Below, in pieces: positions 31,501-38,904 of a DNA stretch of 64,000 nucleotides (position 1 is the stretch's first letter; every line of letters begins with the position of its first letter). The stretch comes from a virus (Duplodnaviria > Caudoviricetes): positions 128,001-192,000 of the IMG/VR virus record IMGVR_UViG_3300028603_000018, one strand, 5' to 3'. The position numbers were made by a program, and so were the translations under genes. Under the pieces are notes generated by a model. That model ran no database searches, was not told where the DNA came from, and was given only the letters and a program-made list of their open reading frames with translations.

Positions 31501-34500
31501 CTAGATATCTAGGACCAGGTCCTGTATCCTCAGGTAAGGGGTTAGTATCCCAATAATCATATTCTTCTAATATAGGTCTCCAGCCTCTATTAGTAAATGA
31601 GAGATCATAGCGTGAGTTATCTATACTAGCCGGCCCTCTATATCCTCTAGCATAAACAAAATACTGATATAAGGTAGGATCAGGTAAAAGGCTATGTGCA
31701 CCTAAGAACTCTTGTACAAAGTTAGCAGTACCCATTAAATCAGGAATATCGATACTACCAGGAGTACCCATACCGAGTTCTCGACTCGTGTAAAGATCTA
31801 AACGAGGTCCTGTATAGGACTTATCATCGACCTCATCACTAATTAATGAATAGAAGATCCTAGACCATTCAGATTCATAAGTACCTGGAATATCTCTACC
31901 TGCACTTAAACCTGTTAAGATACCTGTCTCATTATCATCAGCACCTTGAATCAATCTAACTTTATAAGTCTTACCTTCTAATTCTACTAAGCGTAATTGA
32001 TTAGTAGGAATAGAAGTAGAAGGAATTTGCTTACCGTTATCAGGAGTACCAAATACTAATCCTGCATTATAAAGTTGCTGATAAGTAATATTGTATCTAA
32101 GCGGAGTTTTAGCGACAAAATGCTTCTTACCGTTGATGTTAAGTTCTAGCCAACTATTACCACCCATAGCCGTACCGGCAGTAAAATCTAACATATCGCT
32201 AAAGTTAGTATAAGTAATAATAGCTTCATTTTCATCTCTGAAAACTTTCTCACCTACGAACTCTACATCATCAGCTACACGCTCTAATACAGCTCTCCAA
32301 CCAAAGGTGTGATCTTTATTTTGAGCTGACGGAATCCAGTCTATAATAGTGTCTCTATAATACGTTCTACCCCTATTATTATCTCTAGAATAAACGTCTA
32401 ATGCAAGATGATTACGTCCAGTTCCCACAAACCCAAGTTCTTCTGACGTATATTCTGCTATTTGAGGACCTAAATAGAGAGGACTGGTAGATTGGCTATT
32501 AATGGGAAATAATGTACGTGCTAATTCAGAATAATAAATTTGAAGTTCACTAGAGTCATTAGTCGTTCCAGAAAGAATTTCAAGATTAGTACAACTCAAC
32601 AACCTTACTTTATACTTCTTTCCTTGAAGAACAATTGTTCTTAACTGATTTACCTCAGCAACGACTGGTACAGTAGTGGGGAAACCAATGTCATCCTCAC
32701 CAAAAACTAATCCGTTGTTATAAAGATCCAGAAGACTAATGTTTTCTTTAATAGCTATTTTAGAGATAAGAAGTTCTTTACCATCAATAGTAAAGCTTAA
32801 CCATTTATCAATTTCTGGCTTAGTAGTCAACACACCTTCAACAACACCTAACTCATTAGAGAAATCTTCATAACTAATTAGATTAGATAATTCACCATTG
32901 AATTCAACATTATCTTCACATTCTTCTAAAATAGGTCTCCAACCTCTAACGACACCAGTTTGGTTCCATCCTGTCCTGCTAACACTACTTGCATTAGCAT
33001 ACTCACCTCGCCCAATTCGATAATTATCGTCTTCGAAATGTTTTTCCATACACCAGTTAAAGCTAGGAAAAGTACCGTCAGAAGCACCAAACTCTAAATC
33101 TTCGTTAGTATAGTTAGCTTGATAAGGGCCTTGGAAGTAAACCGTTTCAAGACCATCATCAGGATTAGGATTTGGAATTAAGGGGTAGAATAACCTATTC
33201 CACTCACTAGCAATTGAACCAGCAGGTTCAAATCTAGCTCCAACCGCATACTTAAGAGTGATGTTATCAGCTTCTAATCCTCGAATTAATCTTACCTTAT
33301 ACTTCTTACCATTTATAGTAATTAAACGTAATTGGTAGGAAGGTCCAGTACTAGTAGGGAAAGCTCCTCCATCTACACGACCATAGACTAATCCGCGATC
33401 GTAGAGATGTCCCCAGGAAATATTTTTTCTAATAGGTACTTTAGGAACTAAACATTCCTTACCATTGAGTTTGAACTTCAGCCATTTATCGTAACCGGCA
33501 GAAGTATCATTTAAAGAACCTTGCGTAACGTTAAAATAGTTACAAATCTCGCTATAAGAGATGACTTCACTAGAATCGACTTCTCCTAAGAACTCAGCGT
33601 AGTCTAGAGGTTCTAAAATAGGTCTCCAAGCAGAATTCAAAGGCTGGTATTGTACATTAGTAAACCAATCTTTTAAATACCCATCATCACCTAATCCACC
33701 TCTGGTTAATTTTAATGATGTGTTAATTATTCCATTTTCTTGCATCCATATTTTTGCATTATTAGCTAAGTCCAGATCAGTAAAATCAAAGTTAGCAAAT
33801 TTAGGCTCTGTGTACGTATTTTCAGTTCTCCTATCATAGTTGATAATAGAAAAGAATCTATCAAATTCATTATCACTAGAGTTAGGTAGAGGTTGATTAG
33901 GATTAGTATTATCTTTAAATAATTTATGATCTTTATTCAATCCTTTCATCAGACGAATTTTGTAAGCAACACCGTCCAATGGAATAGCTTTTAACTGAGG
34001 ATATGGAATAAAATATGCTGAATCCCCGAAGTTATCTTGACCATAAACCAACCCCTTTTCATAAAGCGTAGGAAAAGAAGTTATTTTTATAGGAGATGCT
34101 TTGGGAATTAAGTAATCTTTACCGTTATCTAAGAAGTGATGGAACTCAATCTCTCCTTCAGGCTGGTATATAGCATGACCTAGATCAAAGTAGGTATTGA
34201 AATCTAAGTAAGAGAGATTATTAAACTTCTTAATACCTTTATAAATAACATCAAATTCTAGATCCGTTTCTTCTAAAGCAAGAATGTAACTTCTATTATC
34301 GGAAACCCCATAACCTGTATCTAAGTAGCTGATAGAGTGATTATTCCCAACACCAAGTCCTCTAACAATAATTTTATCATTACTAGAGTTAAATTCTTGA
34401 GTAAGAGAAGAATTGATTCTAATATCAGCTTCTTTCTCTCCAGTATAGGACTGTAAGTCAGGGTCATTCACTAAAGGAGCAAAAACTTTATTCCACTCAC

Positions 34501-35095
34501 TATTCTGAGTACCAACTACATCATATCCAGAAGCAAGGTTAGGATCATTTACTACTTGCCCAACATCTAAACCTTTTAATAAACGTATCTTATAAATTTT
34601 ATCACCAATAGCGATCAAGCGTAATTGGCGAGTAGGGTAAGTGATGCCTGTGAGTTCGTTAATAAGGTCGGGACCTGCGTTATCAGCACCAAAAATTAAC
34701 CCTTTATTATAAACAACAGCCCAGGAATTACTACGCCAGAAGTTTTTAGTAGTATAGATGATCTTATCATCTACATTAAACTTTAACCATTTGTCAATAT
34801 ATTCAGGGTCGTTGAGTGTAATAGTAGGACCAGTAGTTAGACGTTCAGTAAGCTCTTGGTAGCTGATAATATCATCATACTCCCCTAAGTATTCGGCGTA
34901 ACCCAAAGCTCCCCACAAAGCTCGTAAAGCCTTAGAAAAGGATTCCCTACCCACTCTACTTATTTGAGTGTGATCAAAAGTACGATTAAGAATCTCAGCA
35001 GGACTAGTGATGGTATCATCTTCTAGTACTTGTTTAAAATAGTTTAGTATTTCTACAACAGAATCGTTTTCAAGAGGTGGTTTAATAATAGCCAT
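28577..35095 (-). CDS. Large repeat protein (putative tail fibre/virion adhesin): 8 tandem WRP.LE domains plus a C-terminal BspA/DUF285-like region
   Basis: Repeated F.GEV...WLKF..DGK...YK.RL..G...SEWNRL.Y...RG...GWRP.LE units. The C-terminus has W.vSNVt.m..mF repeats and ends PKPVWGTCP. Confidence 0.75.
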   Translation of the reverse strand: MAIIKPPLENDSVVEILNYFKQVLEDDTITSPAEILNRTFDHTQISRVGRESFSKALRALWGALGYAEYLGEYDDIISYQELTERLTTGPTITLNDPEYIDKWLKFNVDDKIIYTTKNFWRSNSWAVVYNKGLIFGADNAGPDLINELTGITYPTRQLRLIAIGDKIYKIRLLKGLDVGQVVNDPNLASGYDVVGTQNSEWNKVFAPLVNDPDLQSYTGEKEADIRINSSLTQEFNSSNDKIIVRGLGVGNNHSISYLDTGYGVSDNRSYILALEETDLEFDVIYKGIKKFNNLSYLDFNTYFDLGHAIYQPEGEIEFHHFLDNGKDYLIPKASPIKITSFPTLYEKGLVYGQDNFGDSAYFIPYPQLKAIPLDGVAYKIRLMKGLNKDHKLFKDNTNPNQPLPNSSDNEFDRFFSIINYDRRTENTYTEPKFANFDFTDLDLANNAKIWMQENGIINTSLKLTRGGLGDDGYLKDWFTNVQYQPLNSAWRPILEPLDYAEFLGEVDSSEVISYSEICNYFNVTQGSLNDTSAGYDKWLKFKLNGKECLVPKVPIRKNISWGHLYDRGLVYGRVDGGAFPTSTGPSYQLRLITINGKKYKVRLIRGLEADNITLKYAVGARFEPAGSIASEWNRLFYPLIPNPNPDDGLETVYFQGPYQANYTNEDLEFGASDGTFPSFNWCMEKHFEDDNYRIGRGEYANASSVSRTGWNQTGVVRGWRPILEECEDNVEFNGELSNLISYEDFSNELGVVEGVLTTKPEIDKWLSFTIDGKELLISKIAIKENISLLDLYNNGLVFGEDDIGFPTTVPVVAEVNQLRTIVLQGKKYKVRLLSCTNLEILSGTTNDSSELQIYYSELARTLFPINSQSTSPLYLGPQIAEYTSEELGFVGTGRNHLALDVYSRDNNRGRTYYRDTIIDWIPSAQNKDHTFGWRAVLERVADDVEFVGEKVFRDENEAIITYTNFSDMLDFTAGTAMGGNSWLELNINGKKHFVAKTPLRYNITYQQLYNAGLVFGTPDNGKQIPSTSIPTNQLRLVELEGKTYKVRLIQGADDNETGILTGLSAGRDIPGTYESEWSRIFYSLISDEVDDKSYTGPRLDLYTSRELGMGTPGSIDIPDLMGTANFVQEFLGAHSLLPDPTLYQYFVYARGYRGPASIDNSRYDLSFTNRGWRPILEEYDYWDTNPLPEDTGPGPRYLVGESEGPGPTQMAGFFGEVAPEDFINGASLASRIGLITGDLINLTEPWLKFYLDGKILFIPKKPIMSDISWDEINACDAVFGNKVLEINGGFYRVRLINGYNEDSGIPYKGGHDSEDTWGTEWNRLIYNVVETNPSYPKNSQYGPNWVTYTENELGTKTGAGRFTWCMEQTELDGEIRKACRGNINTTRLTSQPASYKNANRGWRPVLEKISYWEAFPLPEDTGPGYKHLKYRTLNKEGTRGAGFFGEVQVTDLIDGADLATQMGLTAGVAINTDSNWLKFYLDGKIMYVAKKNFRTNLSWIDLENAGLTGSGRVVEVAEQQYKSRLLSGRNPDPTVVQESGYDVLCTHNSEWNRLMYNVADSSPILPERFKQSQIGKNWRNFTPDADLDIFSYSKDGRTGSYSWCRETNLTNDTLAVLRGRFDTTYIVPTATKSSSGESNRGWRPALEKLDLPSDLGVGPTTLIGHEVGPRADMISGFFGEVENELLITPEDLIEELEFVEGLPSNLDTSWLKFISDGNIIYTTKKPISISVSRNYLDSLNLINGKRIIQIKDRFYRIRLLGGVSPDYTTISGGYDPVMTYNSEWNRLIYPITKANPSYPKLSQTSGNWEQYEQVDLGLGVGSGSGTITRDVFYYAPTSIYHLVHRGHTDVTYLSSASVSLTGNNTLGWRPVLELIDEKDIELIIDKAIEENDLEVLKIFSTQLKYTVTPQALAGNNSVVEISQNDIIYFWEDEGILHQTDSIYMSGEEGSERTLFIVKAINRAATPSTLYLNAGWRANLINIGLKEVTSWGFIKWNRVRVGSNILTKVPNYLPRSVTSLAGVLSSSVILTGEELQFWDVSNVNTLISAFQECRQLRANLANWNISNVTSLENTFHSTWNMNFDFSHWNTGNVITMQNMLHNSRAMVGTGMEHLDVSKVTNMDGFLGGGYSKVFNTDLSGWCVTLIPNEPTTFASTTPAWVLPKPVWGTCPNG

Positions 35096-35108
35096 TATTT
35101 CTCTGCCT

Positions 35109-36200
35109 TTAATATCCTAATAGCCGTTTAAATCTATCATTAACCTTTACTGCCTGATCTCTAGGTAGCATATGGTTAAATACTTGATCATTGGTATAAA
35201 AACCAATATGTCGCTGTACAGAGTTAATAGCACTTCTATTCCAGTCTCCTTTTGTAACAAAGTTATTTTCTAATAATAACTCTAATACTTCTAACCTAGA
35301 AATAGCTAATGCCCAGTTAACCTGTCGAGATCGATAAAAAGAAGGTAAATAACTAAGATCTAAAGCTGTCTCCATTTTAGCCAAAGGTATTTGTTTTAAT
35401 ACCTGATTAAAATGGAGATGTCTAGTTAATATTACTTCTTTCATTTGTTGATAAATGACATCTACTCTCTTAGACCAATCAGTCCAATAGAAAGGATGTT
35501 TATAAGTTAGTTTTGTTTGATCTAAATTAAAGTATAATCGATAGAACCGATTAAATAAAGCGTAGTCTAAATGCGAAGCACAAATATTAGGTAAAACAAA
35601 TTTATGAATAAAAGCATGAGTAGGTAAACTACCTTCTCTATTTCTTTTCTCAAAAGCCCTGAATCCTCTATACTGCATAAGAAGTTTAGGTATGTTGATA
35701 GCAATAACAGCATAACCACTTCCACCATATACTTTTGTATTTAGTATAGGAATACTTAAATCACTAAAAGGATGACATAACACTTTAACTGCTGTTATAT
35801 CTCTCCAATTAGCTAAAGCTTTTCTGTAATCAAATGACTCATTCTGAGAAATAAGTATTTCATTGACTCCAGGACCATAGAACTGATTTCTAAAAATCTT
35901 TCCACGAGCTGCACTGGAAGTTAAACCTAAAGACTGGGAAACGCTTAAAGTATTTCTCTCTAACCAATTATAGTAATCCGTATCAGAAAGTTCACTACCT
36001 TCACCTAATGCATTAATAATAGATACTAGTACAGTTTCAATAGGTGCTGTAAAAGTATTCGTTCTGTAATAGTCTACGACATTATTTAAGTTATATAATA
36101 AGCCTGATCGAATTAGATTCCATTCAGGGTTAGTAATTATACCTAAATTTACAGAAGAGGGTAAGTTAAATAATTGATACATAGCTAGTATATATTCCAA
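35109..36200 (-). CDS. Conserved phiKZ-like protein (gp52-like position)
   Basis: 363-aa ORF between the DNA polymerase and chimallin genes. Confidence 0.6.
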   Translation of the reverse strand: MEYILAMYQLFNLPSSVNLGIITNPEWNLIRSGLLYNLNNVVDYYRTNTFTAPIETVLVSIINALGEGSELSDTDYYNWLERNTLSVSQSLGLTSSAARGKIFRNQFYGPGVNEILISQNESFDYRKALANWRDITAVKVLCHPFSDLSIPILNTKVYGGSGYAVIAINIPKLLMQYRGFRAFEKRNREGSLPTHAFIHKFVLPNICASHLDYALFNRFYRLYFNLDQTKLTYKHPFYWTDWSKRVDVIYQQMKEVILTRHLHFNQVLKQIPLAKMETALDLSYLPSFYRSRQVNWALAISRLEVLELLLENNFVTKGDWNRSAINSVQRHIGFYTNDQVFNHMLPRDQAVKVNDRFKRLLGY

Positions 36201-36232
36201 ATTGTCATATCATCAAAACTAAAGGACTAGTT

Positions 36233-36604
36233 ATGATATTAGAGCCAGTAAAAATAAAAACATGGTTCACTGTTTTTATTAAAACATCAGGATTACCGAT
36301 TACTGATGTTGATCTACGCTATCCGCATCTAGCTCCAGTGATCCTACCTATATTAAATGGTGATGAAGCAATTAAATTCATTGATGGCGTAACTAGATAT
36401 ACATTTGATGAAGACAGCTTCTTTGCTCAACCACAAGAATTAGATTTAATTATTGATAGAAACGTAACGAGGTTCTTAAAACAATCTCTAAAGCTATATA
36501 TCGTCAGTAATCAACAATTCCAATGGGAAGTTATCTCTTATACTAAAGAGATTAAAGAACCAGAAGAGAACTTTCCTTATAATTCTAGTATTATTTTAGA
36601 ATAA
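36233..36604 (+). CDS. Hypothetical protein, 123 aa
   Basis: AAAGGA RBS and a downstream hairpin at 36610-36640. Confidence 0.65.
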   Translation: MILEPVKIKTWFTVFIKTSGLPITDVDLRYPHLAPVILPILNGDEAIKFIDGVTRYTFDEDSFFAQPQELDLIIDRNVTRFLKQSLKLYIVSNQQFQWEVISYTKEIKEPEENFPYNSSIILE

Positions 36605-36818
36605 TAAATAATAGGAGTCTTAATAGACTCCTATTTATGCTGTAGAATAAAGTAAAATAAAAAAATATGACTTAACTACTAATACTATGTAAAAGTGGCG
36701 TAATAGTCACTACACTTTCTTAGTGTGAACTAAGAAAGGTATGGCCTTATACGCATATTCAGGAGTTTATTGTATTCTTCCCTCTTTACAAGTAGTGTGT
36801 TTTAAATTAATTTTGATG

Positions 36819-36827
36819 ACATATCAC
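36819..36827 (+). promoter_or_regulatory. Putative promoter core ACATATCAC upstream of chimallin
   Basis: Same motif as at 47031 and similar to 455 and 42031. Confidence 0.5.
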
Positions 36828-36907
36828 TATCTTGTACAGGGGAGATTGAACGCTTCAATGTACAATAAACTTACGTAAGTTTTAATATTAAACAAAGGAA
36901 ATAAAAA

Positions 36908-38815
36908 ATGAGTCAACAAGATTCTGTTCGCTGGGGTAATACGCCTGAGTCTAACCGGCCTTCTGCAGCAGGTCAGGAAACAAATGAGAAAGTTCTCGCT
37001 AGTGATCAACTCGGACAAGAGCGTTACAATCCAGACGAACTGGGTGTTGGTATCTTTGGCGCAGGAATGCAGATGTCGTTCAACTCTGGTTCGGAAATTC
37101 TCTTCCGTGCCAAAGAAGCACTCGATGCCCAGGTTAAGAAAGCCTCTGAGCAACTGCGTCGTGAAAATCAGATCAAACTAACCATTCTAGACCGTAGTGA
37201 GCATAAACGCCTTCCTTACAGCGCTCTGGTTCTTTCCCTGACCAATCCGCTGGTAGCTAAAGGTACATCGTTCTTCGTCTTCGTTATTGCTGGTGATCAA
37301 GGTGCGATCGTCCGTAATGAAATTCTACCTAATAACCAAGGTCAGTGCGAAACGCTTTCCTTACCTGCTGATGCACTGAACCAAGTCATCAAAGAAGCAG
37401 GAGAAATCCTACGTGGTTTGAATCCTGGTGTAACAGATCTCTTCTCGGCTTCGGGTATTGTTGTAACGAACGACACTTTCTCTTGGGATAGTGAAAAAGA
37501 CGTTTATCAACTCCTGGCCCGTGGTTATAACTCTTGCCTAGCTGTACTTTCTAGTAAAGGTCCTCGTTGGGATGATGTTAACTTGGCAAAGGTAATGGGT
37601 TCAGAACTGGAAGTTGTTCTGCAACGCACTCGTGGCCAAGCTCAACCGCGTGACGTACTGGGGCGTCCGAAGCGTCGTGATCTGGAAGTGTCTCTGCGCA
37701 CTCGTCAGGTTATGAGTCCTCAAACAGGTGATATCATCCATAAAGCAGAAACGATTGCTAGTCTGTCTGTTTATGGTGATCTGCTTTGGGGTCCGGAGAC
37801 GGTTCAAAAAGTAAACCAGTTTGGACAACCTGTTGTCGAGACCAAAACCTATAAGCAGCGCGTTATCATCACCCAGATGCGTAACCACCAAGCTTATACG
37901 TTGGGTTCGCAGCTAATGTCCTTTATCCCAGCCATTGCTCTGTTCCAGCCAAAAGCAACTCACCAAGCTTTTATCCCATCACCTGATTCTTCGATGGGTA
38001 AGTCTGATGACGTTGGTGTTCTGCAACTGGAGGCTAAGTACCATCAAGGCAATATGAGCGGTCAAGAAGCTGCTCAGCGTGTGGATGTCTTTAATAGCCC
38101 GCCTACCCTGATCAGTGACTACCTGGAGAAAATCCTCTCTGACAATATTGAAGTCGCACTTGATATTGAAGTCGGTGGTGAGGACTACCTGCATAATTCA
38201 GTACTGCTCAAAGCAGCACTGTCTGGTAGCGGTGCTTCGGGTAATAAAGACCACGATCGTGCATATACTAAACTCGTTGAAACCATGACGGTTCTAACTA
38301 ATGGTAAGTTTGCTGATTTCTGGCAAACTGGTGCACCTATTGCATTCGTAGATTCAGTTCGTGAAGTAGGTCATTTCACCAACGATGATGGTAACCTGGA
38401 AGATACTCGTCATGTGGATACTATTTCCACGATGAATAAGTTTATCGAAAACAATCCGGATTACTATCGTGTTTGGTCTGATGCTCAAGTAGCAACTAAC
38501 CGCACAATGCAAGCTCGTATGCGCGACATGCGTAACGTAACTGAGTACATGATCTCGCCTCCGACTTACACGACTCGTGTATTCCGTGTGATCCTGTCCG
38601 CAGCCTTCGTTAAAGCATATTTCGATTCCATCTCAGCTCTGGGTATTCGTCTTAACCTGGTTCTGCCTAATGAGACTCGTACTGAAGATCGTACGGGTTA
38701 TGTGAGTACTTCTAGCTCTATTCAAATGGGTGTGGGTGCAGGTATGCTCAATACCTTTGGTGGTAGCGTTGCTGGTACAATGTCACCTTCCAACTTCCAA
38801 CGTTGGTCTGCGTAA
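36908..38815 (+). CDS. chmA: Chimallin, major phage-nucleus shell protein (phiKZ gp54-like)
   Basis: 635 aa, directly upstream of the nvRNAP beta-prime N gene, strongly optimised codons, own terminator. Size and synteny match chimallin. Confidence 0.85.
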   Translation: MSQQDSVRWGNTPESNRPSAAGQETNEKVLASDQLGQERYNPDELGVGIFGAGMQMSFNSGSEILFRAKEALDAQVKKASEQLRRENQIKLTILDRSEHKRLPYSALVLSLTNPLVAKGTSFFVFVIAGDQGAIVRNEILPNNQGQCETLSLPADALNQVIKEAGEILRGLNPGVTDLFSASGIVVTNDTFSWDSEKDVYQLLARGYNSCLAVLSSKGPRWDDVNLAKVMGSELEVVLQRTRGQAQPRDVLGRPKRRDLEVSLRTRQVMSPQTGDIIHKAETIASLSVYGDLLWGPETVQKVNQFGQPVVETKTYKQRVIITQMRNHQAYTLGSQLMSFIPAIALFQPKATHQAFIPSPDSSMGKSDDVGVLQLEAKYHQGNMSGQEAAQRVDVFNSPPTLISDYLEKILSDNIEVALDIEVGGEDYLHNSVLLKAALSGSGASGNKDHDRAYTKLVETMTVLTNGKFADFWQTGAPIAFVDSVREVGHFTNDDGNLEDTRHVDTISTMNKFIENNPDYYRVWSDAQVATNRTMQARMRDMRNVTEYMISPPTYTTRVFRVILSAAFVKAYFDSISALGIRLNLVLPNETRTEDRTGYVSTSSSIQMGVGAGMLNTFGGSVAGTMSPSNFQRWSA

Positions 38816-38841
38816 CAAGTAGTTTGATTGCTTTAACTTAA

Positions 38842-38888
38842 GCATTATAGAGGGAGGTGAACAACCTCCCTCTATCTGCCTTCTTTTA
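38842..38888 (+). terminator. Terminator after chimallin
   Basis: atagagggaggt-gaaca-acctccctctat followed by T-rich sequence. Confidence 0.8.
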
Positions 38889-38904
38889 AATTTTGAGGAA
38901 AAAG

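Noticed and set aside
28577-35095. Diversity-generating retroelement acting on the repeat protein
   Set aside because: No reverse transcriptase in the window, and no template/variable repeat pair differing only at adenines was seen.
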